From: Nitrosopumilus sp.
GTDB taxonomy: Archaea > Thermoproteota > Nitrososphaeria > Nitrososphaerales > Nitrosopumilaceae
DNA length: 32,000 bases
Assembly: GCF_965223225.1 (NCBI RefSeq)
Contig: NZ_CBDCVU010000004.1
Coordinates: 1,147,584-1,179,583 of the forward strand
Direction of reading: 5' to 3'
The notes under the pieces were generated by a model. It was given only the letters and a program-made list of their open reading frames with translations. It was not told where the DNA came from and ran no database searches. The position numbers and the translations under genes are program-made. Positions 1 through 8,319 of the stretch are shown here, in pieces; the first letter of the stretch is position 1; every line of letters begins with the position of its first letter.

Positions 1-264
1 AGGTTGGAAACAAGGATGGTATCCAAGCATGGATAAATAATGCCACACTCATAGACATATCTCTCCACCAATGATCCTTGTAAGTCATATTATTCTCTTT
101 AAGATGCCTTATTGTGTTGATTTTTCTCATAGTGATAAGATTGAGTCAAATTAGAATAATAAAGCAAAAGATATTTTCCATTAACGGTTTTCAGATGTGG
201 AAATCGTATCAAAAGAAGAAGAACTGCTTGTTTTCATTTCAGATTCACCAAAAAAAGAAAAAAA

Positions 265-1233
265 TTATTGATCAGGAATATCCTGAACAATCAAGGTGTA
301 TGGTTCACCTATTGGATACGTATCGCCATAGTTCCAAAAGTAAACTACTTTTCCATAGGTCTCATCAAGAATGGGTTGTAATTCTGCTAACTCTTCAGTT
401 GTGAGTTCGGGAAATGTAGCTTGTGCTCTTGGAAATTCTGTCTTGTGGTAGTGCCAATATTGTTTTTCTTCTTCAGAAAGCTCGTTGTATTGATCAGTTG
501 TTATGACATATTCTATTCCATATGGTTTGTCTTGATCAGTCATTCCATAAGGGAAGAGTAAACATGTTGCAGTATTGTCATCATAAACTTTACAGTGATG
601 ATGAACTATTGTCTGTAAAAGATCATCTGAAGTACCATGTGACTTGTCTACATCAAGATGTCTGATTGCATGTATGTGGAGGTCATTGAATCCAAGAATG
701 TTTGGATATTCAACCTGTCTTGGGTTTAGTGTCTCGTTATAGACGGGTTCCTTTTTCATCATAGTGTCTTTCATTTTTTGCGGGTCATGTTCCATGTGGG
801 ATTTGTCCTGCGTCATATTTTTCATCATCTGCATGTGCTCATCTGTCTTCATTGATTCCATTTTGCTAATCATCTGCTCCATGTTTTGGAACATTTTTGA
901 TTGCTCTTGAGGGGTCATGGATTTCCACATCTGCATCATTTCTGATTGATGCTTCCTGTGAACAGAATCCATTCTCTCAAAGAGGGATTCAATGTTATTT
1001 GATGGAGTAGTTGCTGTTATTGTTTTGCTCTTTGTCATGATTTTTCTCTCTTCTGGAGGAATTTCAGAGCAAAGTCGGTCACCGCAGACTTTTTTCGAAC
1101 CGACTTCTGGGAGAGCGTTCCCTTTCGATGTTGCAGCATCCGCAGTTTGCCCAAAATCTGCAGGAGCTGCCATTGCCACGGTCAACAGGATTGCCATTCC
1201 AAGTATGGATGGAAATACTATTTTCTTATTCAT
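265..1233 (-). CDS. Secreted DUF1264-like protein with a Met/His-rich central segment
   Basis: ORF 265..1281(-). The internal ATG at 1233 gives MNKKIVFPSILGMAILLTVAMA, a signal-peptide-like N-terminus. The C-terminal ~150 aa (VHHHCKVYDD...YGIEYVITTDQYNELSEEEKQYWHYHKTEF) fits my recollection of the DUF1264 pattern. The central 72 aa contain 18 Met and 5 His. Confidence 0.6.
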   Translation of the reverse strand: MNKKIVFPSILGMAILLTVAMAAPADFGQTADAATSKGNALPEVGSKKVCGDRLCSEIPPEERKIMTKSKTITATTPSNNIESLFERMDSVHRKHQSEMMQMWKSMTPQEQSKMFQNMEQMISKMESMKTDEHMQMMKNMTQDKSHMEHDPQKMKDTMMKKEPVYNETLNPRQVEYPNILGFNDLHIHAIRHLDVDKSHGTSDDLLQTIVHHHCKVYDDNTATCLLFPYGMTDQDKPYGIEYVITTDQYNELSEEEKQYWHYHKTEFPRAQATFPELTTEELAELQPILDETYGKVVYFWNYGDTYPIGEPYTLIVQDIPDQ

Positions 1234-1434
1234 TAAATGACAGGATGCATTCCTGTATAAAAACGCCGAAACGTCTCCCATATTCGATTTTCAGATGTGG
1301 AAATCGTTTAGGATTATGTCTCCACGTAACTGATCTTTTGAAGATCACAAAGACGTCTTTTGCCCTAGCGGTAGAAAAAATGCTTTTCCTCTTCTTTGTT
1401 AGTGTCGTTAGGCAGAATCTGGTTTGGGTGATTC

Positions 1435-2316
1435 CTATCGTTTCAACATTTTTTGAATTGCAAGCCCGTACAAGCCATAAACAAACTTGGTACTCTTTAA
1501 CACATATCCTAAAACATATTTCCTGTTTATTTTGGCGTCTTCTTTTGTCTTTTTGTATTCTAGTGACTGGTATAGATGCTCAACGTCTATATCGGATTTT
1601 CCAAAAATTGTACATATGTCTCTGATTTCTTGAGTACTAGTTGACAGAGGTTTGTCTAATGCAAAAAGTACGTCATCGCAAGCCCAAAAATTTGCTTTGA
1701 CTGCATGAGAAAAAGCAGATTTTGGACTGAATGGAAATAGTACAAAACTCATCATCAAAAGCAGCATGGCATTAAATGATGCCTTTATTTTCTCGATAGT
1801 GGGAACTGTTTTTGGAATCTCTTTTCTGATGTCTTTTCCATATAGTATGACTCCGGTATTTTTTATTCTCTGCAAGAACAGTCCAAGGGATGCAATGGTT
1901 CTTGTGCCAATCTCGATTTTGAGGTCTTTTCTTATCTTGAATCCCTTTAGGTCTATCTGATCTTGGGACACCACGTAAAATGGCTGGCCAAACATCATCT
2001 TGTTTTCGGTTTTAAAAATTAGATCCAATGCAATGTTGTCCGTCTTTTTGTATGATGTGCATGTCTCAGATAATTTCAGGTCGTATTTTGCATCAAGATC
2101 CAACAAAAGACTCATCAGATATTTTTCAATTTCTTTTGAGAGTTTTTTGTTTTTTATTATTACAATACAGTCAATGTCTGACTTCCCACGTATCCATTCC
2201 CCAGTGGTTGCAGAACCAAACATGACAAATGAGACTATTTCATCAACATACTTGTCGGTGAGTTGCAAGACTAGCTCTTTCATGAACTGCTCAAGTTTTT
2301 TATTTTTTATTGCCAT
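1435..2316 (-). CDS. Nucleotidyltransferase-domain protein (Pol-beta/MNT-like NTase fold) with an uncharacterised C-terminal half
   Basis: 293-aa ORF. The N-terminus has FGSATTGEWIRGKSDIDCIVII, which is the GS-x(n)-D-x-D minimal NTase signature. The remaining ~180 aa are not recognised. Confidence 0.65.
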   Translation of the reverse strand: MAIKNKKLEQFMKELVLQLTDKYVDEIVSFVMFGSATTGEWIRGKSDIDCIVIIKNKKLSKEIEKYLMSLLLDLDAKYDLKLSETCTSYKKTDNIALDLIFKTENKMMFGQPFYVVSQDQIDLKGFKIRKDLKIEIGTRTIASLGLFLQRIKNTGVILYGKDIRKEIPKTVPTIEKIKASFNAMLLLMMSFVLFPFSPKSAFSHAVKANFWACDDVLFALDKPLSTSTQEIRDICTIFGKSDIDVEHLYQSLEYKKTKEDAKINRKYVLGYVLKSTKFVYGLYGLAIQKMLKR

Positions 2317-2358
2317 GGTAAAAGCCTCAAGTTTTATGCATTCATAAACCTGTAGATG

Positions 2359-2568
2359 TTACTGGCACCCATACTTTTGTGCCCATGATTCATCTGCAAA
2401 CTCACTTGTCGGGCAGTATTGTACAAGAATATTTGCATGTACGGTATCTAACAATTCAGAATTTAGTATTTTGTCTTGGCAGGATACCTTTCCAAGCAGC
2501 CTACCATACATGTCGTATGGTTGCAGGTCGTCTTGATCAACTATGACTGTACTGGTCACAGGACACAA
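2359..2568 (-). pseudogene. C-terminal fragment of a thermonuclease (staphylococcal-nuclease-like) gene
   Basis: The 69-aa ORF has a TTG start and an in-frame stop only 10 codons upstream. DMYGRLLGKVSCQDKILNSELLDTVHA matches the SNase D-x-YGR-x-L...N-x-x-L-v-x-x-G-x-A region. About 80 N-terminal residues, which carry the Ca-binding and catalytic residues, are absent. Confidence 0.45.
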
Positions 2569-2590
2569 ATCCGCAGTAAACTTTGTGGCC

Positions 2591-2746
2591 TTATGAAATC
2601 ATCTTTTCAGCTGCAATCCCAGTCAGAAAATCATAATCCTTGACGTGGTAGAACTTCATGAAATTGTTGAGATGATAAAGGTAAGTCTTTCTGGTTGATT
2701 CGGATTTAATCGAATTCTCAAACAATAGCATGCTTCTCTGTTGCAT
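2591..2746 (-). pseudogene. Possible relic of a tyrosine-recombinase N-terminal (SAM-like) domain, 51 codons
   Basis: My own translation is MQQRSMLLFENSIKSESTRKTYLYHLNNFMKFYHVKDYDFLTGIAAEKMIS*. The S-x-x-T-x-x-x-Y-x-x-x-L-x-x-F pattern is typical of integrase N-termini. No catalytic domain follows. The ORF is below the 60-aa threshold of the ORF track. Confidence 0.25.
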
Positions 2747-2788
2747 GTGTTTTAATACGATAAAGACGTATTTTAACCAGACATTCCC

Positions 2789-3025
2789 TTGTTAGAAAAG
2801 CAATTCAACCCAGACATTTTGTACAATAGAATTGTCCATTATTACATAGACAAAAAAGGATACACCAAAGACAAGGCAAACCTAATTGCTCAAGCAGTAG
2901 TGCAAAAGGAAGCTCAAAGAAGGATTTGCAAAAATAAAGAGTGTAAACATTTTTCACATGATCATATTAGAAACTCAGAAACGTGTTTGGTTACAGATTG
3001 CAAGTGTTCAAAATTTACTAAGTAA
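2789..3025 (+). CDS. Small hypothetical Cys/His-rich protein
   Basis: 78-aa ORF with a TTG start and no in-frame ATG. The C-terminal CKNKECKHFSHDH...CLVTDCKC suggests metal binding. It overlaps the convergent MBL gene by 8 nt. No family recognised. Confidence 0.3.
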   Translation: MLEKQFNPDILYNRIVHYYIDKKGYTKDKANLIAQAVVQKEAQRRICKNKECKHFSHDHIRNSETCLVTDCKCSKFTK

Positions 3026-3980
3026 AATCATCAAGTGAATTTTCCAACAGAGGTTGTGCACTAATACCCATTTTTCGCAGATGTTCTGCAAACTCTTCAA
3101 CAAAACCATGAATCGTATAGACTTGTTCAGCTTCAGATTGTAAAACCATGTCTACAAGTTCATTAAAATCACAGTGATCACTCATCGGTATAGAATAGTC
3201 AGTACGCCTTCCAAAACTAAATCGTGATGATTGCGCCCATCCACTAAATCCGATTGTGACGGCACCATATTTTGATTTCATCTCTTGAATGAATTTATTT
3301 TTGCTTGACATCATTGGAGATACCATCACCCAGGGTTTTTTTGCCAACAGTCCTTTCTTTTCAGCCTCAGAATGACCCATTCCGTTTGCAAGGGACATGC
3401 CAAATTTTTGGTGAAGTGAGTTCATGTCTTTTACAGAGTCATGAAAATATAACGGTCCCCAATGGCCAAAAAACTGAGTAATGGTTTGAGCTTTGCCTAG
3501 CTGGTAACCCATCAGTATGACGGGAATTCCCTTTCCATAAAGTTCAGAGATTAACTCATTTACCTGCTTTTGAATAACATCGATTGATGGAAATCTAAAT
3601 TCAGGCAATCCAAAAGTGGTTTCAGTAATCAAGACTTTGCATTTGGGAACTTTGGCACCTTTGAGAAAACCCCTATCCCTAGTGCAAATATCACCAGTAT
3701 AGAAAATATCATCAAAAAGAAGTCCTTTAGATCCTAGAATGTGTCCGCTATCAATCAGAGTGAAATCATCAACTGATTCAACATGATTTTCCATTTTAAA
3801 CCCCCTAAGATTTGCAATTTCATTTGTTTCAATTGAGGACAGGATAGTGCCGCCATTTTTTGAGGGCAAGTGATCAGAGTGTGCATGAGATACAAAATTA
3901 ATCCCTGAAGAATCAGTGTTTTTTGGATCCAGATAAACAAGTTTTTCATTTACGTTACACAAAATACCATTCTTGGTCAT
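3018..3980 (-). CDS. Metallo-beta-lactamase-fold hydrolase, short beta-CASP / RNA-processing-exonuclease-like
   Basis: The HAHSDH motif (the HxHxDH of MBLs) lies near the N-terminus, followed by GH, TETTFG and a C-terminal DH...H. At ~320 aa it matches the short archaeal beta-CASP-like proteins. The ATG at 3980 is preferred over the TTG at 3998. Confidence 0.75.
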   Translation of the reverse strand: MTKNGILCNVNEKLVYLDPKNTDSSGINFVSHAHSDHLPSKNGGTILSSIETNEIANLRGFKMENHVESVDDFTLIDSGHILGSKGLLFDDIFYTGDICTRDRGFLKGAKVPKCKVLITETTFGLPEFRFPSIDVIQKQVNELISELYGKGIPVILMGYQLGKAQTITQFFGHWGPLYFHDSVKDMNSLHQKFGMSLANGMGHSEAEKKGLLAKKPWVMVSPMMSSKNKFIQEMKSKYGAVTIGFSGWAQSSRFSFGRRTDYSIPMSDHCDFNELVDMVLQSEAEQVYTIHGFVEEFAEHLRKMGISAQPLLENSLDDFT

Positions 3981-4242
3981 TCTGACTTTTCTTGACAACA
4001 GAGATGAAAAATATCAGATTTGATATAAACTAAAAGTTTGTCAGAGACGAACCTTAGATCAATTTTGTTTTGACAAGATCACATCGAAGAAGAAGAAAAT
4101 AAAGTTAGATCAAAAATTATAATTGGATAAAAAACACAATTACTTTTTTTATTGAATTTAGGAATCGTGAACAAAACTTGTACGATGAGGATCATTGTTA
4201 AACCACACACATTAATTGCAGAATTAATGTAAAATCAACCAA

Positions 4243-4863
4243 ATGAAGAATCTCGGGATATTGATTTCAGGCAGAGGCAGCAACATGGAATCTATCCTAA
4301 AAGCAATTGCAAAAAAAAAGATACCCATCACACCATCAATAGTGATCTCAAATAGACCAGATGCCAAAGGACTTAAAATTGCAGAGAAATTAGGAGTCAA
4401 AACAGAGGTTGTTGAAAGCAAGGGATTCAAAGGCACAAGATGGGATTACGATCAAGAGATCATAAGGGTCCTAAAAAAGCACGGAGTTTCCCAAAAAAAT
4501 GGGCTTGTTTGCCTTGCAGGATTCATGCGTATTATCAGCCCAGAGTTTGTAAAAAAATACAAAAACAGAATCATCAATATCCATCCAGCACTTTTACCAT
4601 CATTTCCAGGATTAGATTCACAAAGACAAGCATTAGAGTATGGCTCAAAATATTCAGGATGTACAGTTCATTTTGTAAATGCAGGGATGGATACAGGTCC
4701 AATAATAATCCAAGCAGTAGTTAAAATCAAAGAAGACGACACAGAGGAATCGCTATCAAAACGCATTCTAAAAGAAGAACACAAGATCTATCCTAAAGCA
4801 GTCAGTTTATTTGCACAAGACAAAATCAAGGTTCAGGGCAGAAAAACAATAATCAGTGTCTAG
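4243..4863 (+). CDS. purN: Phosphoribosylglycinamide formyltransferase
   Basis: LGILISGRGSNMESILKAI, INIHPALLPSFPGLD and GCTVHFV..GMDTGPII are the canonical PurN motifs. Length is 206 aa. Confidence 0.9.
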   Translation: MKNLGILISGRGSNMESILKAIAKKKIPITPSIVISNRPDAKGLKIAEKLGVKTEVVESKGFKGTRWDYDQEIIRVLKKHGVSQKNGLVCLAGFMRIISPEFVKKYKNRIINIHPALLPSFPGLDSQRQALEYGSKYSGCTVHFVNAGMDTGPIIIQAVVKIKEDDTEESLSKRILKEEHKIYPKAVSLFAQDKIKVQGRKTIISV

Positions 4864-5186
4864 TCAGTATCAGGTCCACCAAAAAAATACAAAACTTTGA
4901 GAGCCTCTTTGTTTCCATGAAAGTGATGCGGAACATCTTTTCCAACAAAAAAGACCTTGTCTTGTGATACCCCATAATCCTTGTTGTTGATGTTTAGAAA
5001 TCCATCACCTGATATGACATAGTATATCTCATCATTCTCATGAGGTTCTTGAGTATCTTCTTGTCCAGGTTCAAGATACAAAACACCTGCAGCCAAGCTT
5101 TCCTTGTTGATAAAAGTGTAAAAATAAGAAGAACTGCTTTTCTTGATTTTTCCTACATATGAGGAAACATCAAATTCTTGCTTCAA
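4860..5186 (-). CDS. Cupin-domain protein
   Basis: 108 aa. G-x5-H-x-N-x-E-x-YYVISG ... NKDYGV...VPHHFH resembles the two cupin motifs. The TTG start is forced because there is no in-frame ATG. It lies 2 nt downstream of the ABM gene. Confidence 0.65.
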   Translation of the reverse strand: MKQEFDVSSYVGKIKKSSSSYFYTFINKESLAAGVLYLEPGQEDTQEPHENDEIYYVISGDGFLNINNKDYGVSQDKVFFVGKDVPHHFHGNKEALKVLYFFGGPDTD

Positions 5187-5187
5187 T

Positions 5188-5520
5188 TTATTCAGCAGCT
5201 ACGGTGAATGTTTTTCTTACAGGATCTGCACTCATAAAGGAATGTCCCTTTGGATGAATTTTCTCATGTTCAGGACTCTGATGCATTTTGATGAAGGTTT
5301 CTTTGCTTTCATGTTCTACTAATATTCTGAAACTTCCATCTGCAGATTTGAGGAATTTTCTGGAAATAAATCCTGGAAAACTTTCTAAAACTCTGTTGGA
5401 TTCAGAAAACCACTCTTTGAAACCTTCCTCAGCTCCTTCTTTGAGTTGAATATCTGCCATCATTACAAACATAGTAGAGCCACAACTTATGCCATTTAAT
5501 TTCTTTTCTAAGATTTCCAT
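5188..5520 (-). CDS. Antibiotic-biosynthesis-monooxygenase (ABM, ferredoxin-like) domain protein
   Basis: MFVMMADIQLKEGAEEGFKEWFSESNRVLESFPGFISRKFLKS...FRILVEHESKETF is ABM-like. The start is ambiguous: TTG 5532, ATG 5520 or the later MFVMM. Confidence 0.6.
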   Translation of the reverse strand: MEILEKKLNGISCGSTMFVMMADIQLKEGAEEGFKEWFSESNRVLESFPGFISRKFLKSADGSFRILVEHESKETFIKMHQSPEHEKIHPKGHSFMSADPVRKTFTVAAE

Positions 5521-5563
5521 TTCAAAGTCCAAGAATTAAATATCTACAGAGTGCCAAAACGTC

Positions 5564-6427
5564 ATGGCAGGCACCAAAATTGACGGAAAGGTCATTGCAC
5601 AGTCAGTCAAAGACAGGGTCAAAAAGGCAGCAGAGGAATTAAAATCACAAGGAATCAATCCATGCTTGGCCACAATCCTAATTGGCGATAATCCAGCATC
5701 TGCCACATATGTCAGAAACAAGCACAAAGCATGCGAAGAGGTGGGAATTGCAACAAAAGACCACAAGATTGGTGCAGACATTACACAGATTGAACTAAAC
5801 AAGATAATTGATGAGTTAAATTCAGACCCTTCAGTGCACGGCATTTTGGTTCAACTTCCATTGCCTGATCATTTAGACGAATTTGCAACAACATCAAGAA
5901 TATCTCCATTAAAAGATGTGGACGGACTCACGCCACACAATGCGGGTCTTCTTGCAATGAAAAAGGCAATACTTGTTGCATGTACGCCATCAGGAGTAAT
6001 GGAGATGTTTGAGTATCATGGTATTGATCTTGAAGGTAAAAATGTCGTACTGATAAACAGAAGCAATCTTGTAGGAAAGCCACTATACCATTTACTGTTA
6101 GAAAAAAATGCAACTGTGATGACGTGCCATTCTAAAACAAAGAACCTAAAAGAGTTATGCAAAGAAGCAGACATTATAATTACTGCAGTAGGCGACAGAA
6201 CAAAATTCACTTTAACTGCAGACATGATAAAAGAAGACTCTATTGTTATTGATGTTGCAATATCCAGATTCAATGAAAAACTAGTAGGAGATGCAGACTA
6301 TGAAGGGATTATTCAAAAAGCATCTTTTGCAACACCAGTTCCAGGAGGAGTGGGCCCCATGACAGTAGCAATGCTGTTAAAAAACACAATAACTGCAGCA
6401 TCATTGAGTAGTCAAATTGGAAGATAA
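5564..6427 (+). CDS. folD: Bifunctional 5,10-methylene-THF dehydrogenase / 5,10-methenyl-THF cyclohydrolase
   Basis: IDGKVIAQ...LATILIGDNPASATYVRNKHKACEEVGI, HGILVQLPLP, VDGLTPHNAG, GKNVVLINRSNLVGKPL and ATPVPGGVGPMTVAMLL together form the full FolD signature. Confidence 0.92.
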   Translation: MAGTKIDGKVIAQSVKDRVKKAAEELKSQGINPCLATILIGDNPASATYVRNKHKACEEVGIATKDHKIGADITQIELNKIIDELNSDPSVHGILVQLPLPDHLDEFATTSRISPLKDVDGLTPHNAGLLAMKKAILVACTPSGVMEMFEYHGIDLEGKNVVLINRSNLVGKPLYHLLLEKNATVMTCHSKTKNLKELCKEADIIITAVGDRTKFTLTADMIKEDSIVIDVAISRFNEKLVGDADYEGIIQKASFATPVPGGVGPMTVAMLLKNTITAASLSSQIGR

Positions 6428-6980
6428 TCCAGAAAAAAAATCATTGAGGAACCTATTATTACAAAAAAGAGAAAACACATCCTCAGATTTTCTTAATATT
6501 GCAAGCGAAAAAATTCAGAAGAAATTAAAAAAAATAAAGGAATTCAGAGATGCACAAAAAATTGGCGCATACTATTCAATAGGAAACGAAGTGCAGACAA
6601 ACGAGATAATACAAGAAATGCTCAGTAGTGGAAAAGAGGTATTTTTGCCCAAGACAATAGGCCAAGAAATGGAGTTTAGAAAGATCAAAGACTTTGCAAG
6701 CCTAGAGAAAGGAAATTTTGACATAATGGAGCCCAAAGACAACTGTGAAAAAGACAATGAATTAGACATGCTGCTGGTGCCGACAGTAGGGATTTCAGTA
6801 GACGGAGTCAGGCTAGGATACGGGCATGGGTTCTATGACAAATTTTTGGCCCAACATAAAACAGTGACAGTCTCACTTGTAATGGAAAAACAAATTGTAA
6901 AAAAAATTCCCAGATCAGAACATGATGTGCCAATTGACTGGATAGTATCTGAAGACAGAGTAACTAAAACTCACAAATAA
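6417..6980 (+). CDS. 5-formyltetrahydrofolate cyclo-ligase (MTHFS)
   Basis: KKSLRNLLLQKR near the N-terminus, LPK..., D(M)LLVPTVGISVDGVRLGYGHGFYDKFL and DWIVSE. The TTG start overlaps the folD 3' end by 11 nt. Confidence 0.8.
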   Translation: MEDNPEKKSLRNLLLQKRENTSSDFLNIASEKIQKKLKKIKEFRDAQKIGAYYSIGNEVQTNEIIQEMLSSGKEVFLPKTIGQEMEFRKIKDFASLEKGNFDIMEPKDNCEKDNELDMLLVPTVGISVDGVRLGYGHGFYDKFLAQHKTVTVSLVMEKQIVKKIPRSEHDVPIDWIVSEDRVTKTHK

Positions 6981-8233
6981 GAAAGGCCTTTTTTGCCAAT
7001 ATCTTTTCTGCAATACTTGTGAGGCCATGAAATTTTCTCAGCTGCAGAATATGCGTTTTTTATCGCAGAATCCAACGAGTCTCCTAACGCAACGACTCCC
7101 AGTACACGTCCGCCATTTGAAAGAATTTTTCCATCTTGCTTTTTTGTTCCTGCGTGAAATACAAAACCGTTTTCAAAGTTAGAGTCCAGTCCCGTGATTG
7201 CTTCATCTTTTGGATATGATTGTGGGTATCCTTCAGATGCCAAAACAACACAAACTGCAGATTGTTTTTTCCAGGAGATTGGAGGCAATGAAGAAAGGTT
7301 TCCCTCTGCACTTGCAGTCAGATAATCATACAAATCAAAATCCATTCTGGCAGTAATAGGTTGACATTCTGGATCACCCATTCTCACATTATATTCAAGC
7401 ACGTATGGTTCGTTATCTTTTATCATTATTCCAGCATAAAGAAATCCTTTGAATGTGATTCCTTCTTTTTTCATAGATTGAATTGTTTTATCAATAATTT
7501 TTTCCTGAATTTTTTTTGTCAACTCTTCATCAACAATTGGAGTAGGAGAATACGCACCCATTCCTCCGGTGTTTGGGCCTTTATCATCTTCGAAGATTCT
7601 TTTGTGATCTTGGCTAGAAGCCATAGGAATTGCAACGGTTCCATCAGAGAGTGCAATGTATGAGGCCTCAATTCCGTCAATTCGCTCTTCAATTATTATT
7701 CGATTTCCAGCATCACCAAAAGTCTTCTTGATCAGGATTGTTTGAATTGCATCAAGTGCTTCTTGTTTTCCGTTACAAACAATCACACCCTTGCCAGCTG
7801 CCAAACCATCTGCTTTTACCACTACATCATAATCAAGTGAATTTACATAATCTTGTGCCTTTTGGGCATTATCAAATATCTCAAATCTTGCAGTCTGGAT
7901 ATCGTTTCGTTTCATAAACTGTTTTGCCCAAATTTTGCTTGATTCAAGCTGCGCTGCCTGTCTTGAGGGTCCAAAAATCTTCAGATGGAGTTCATTGAAT
8001 TTATCAACTATTCCTCCTGCCAGGGGGTCCTCAGGTCCCACTACCGTAAAGCAGTTGTTTTCTTTTGCAAACTTTGCCAGACCATCAAGATCATTGACAG
8101 TTAGTGGCACATTGTTTTGTGTTCCGCCATTTCCAGGGGCAGTGTAAACAACATCAACATGGGGGCTCTGACTTAGCTTCCATGACAACGCATGCTCTCT
8201 TCCTCCAGAACCTACAACAAGAACATTTACCAA
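6971..8233 (-). CDS. purD: Phosphoribosylamine--glycine ligase
   Basis: VNVLVVGSGGREHALSWKL, an ATP-grasp core (VVKADGLAAGKGV, GPNTGGMGAYSP) and GGRVLGVVALG. The TTG start is forced because the conserved N-terminus begins at the first codon. Confidence 0.92.
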   Translation of the reverse strand: MVNVLVVGSGGREHALSWKLSQSPHVDVVYTAPGNGGTQNNVPLTVNDLDGLAKFAKENNCFTVVGPEDPLAGGIVDKFNELHLKIFGPSRQAAQLESSKIWAKQFMKRNDIQTARFEIFDNAQKAQDYVNSLDYDVVVKADGLAAGKGVIVCNGKQEALDAIQTILIKKTFGDAGNRIIIEERIDGIEASYIALSDGTVAIPMASSQDHKRIFEDDKGPNTGGMGAYSPTPIVDEELTKKIQEKIIDKTIQSMKKEGITFKGFLYAGIMIKDNEPYVLEYNVRMGDPECQPITARMDFDLYDYLTASAEGNLSSLPPISWKKQSAVCVVLASEGYPQSYPKDEAITGLDSNFENGFVFHAGTKKQDGKILSNGGRVLGVVALGDSLDSAIKNAYSAAEKISWPHKYCRKDIGKKGLSYL

Positions 8234-8319
8234 TGAAAATTATTTTTTTGCCAATTATATAATCCAAATCTTGATTTGCCAATTTAGCTTTATAATGTCA
8301 CCAATATACCAAAAGCCAG

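Noticed and set aside
114-1625. Plus-strand ORFs 114..404, 992..1240 and 1128..1625, which overlap the minus-strand DUF1264-like and nucleotidyltransferase genes
   Set aside because: They are antisense shadow ORFs with low-complexity, stop-poor translations typical of AT-rich DNA. The opposite-strand genes have recognisable domains.
8248-8284. The direct repeat TTGCCAATT (8248..8256 and 8276..8284) in the divergent purD-ileS spacer
   Set aside because: It consists of two 9-nt copies, each next to a TATA-like ATATAAT/TTTATAAT. These are most simply the two divergent core promoters, and the evidence is too thin for a regulatory claim.
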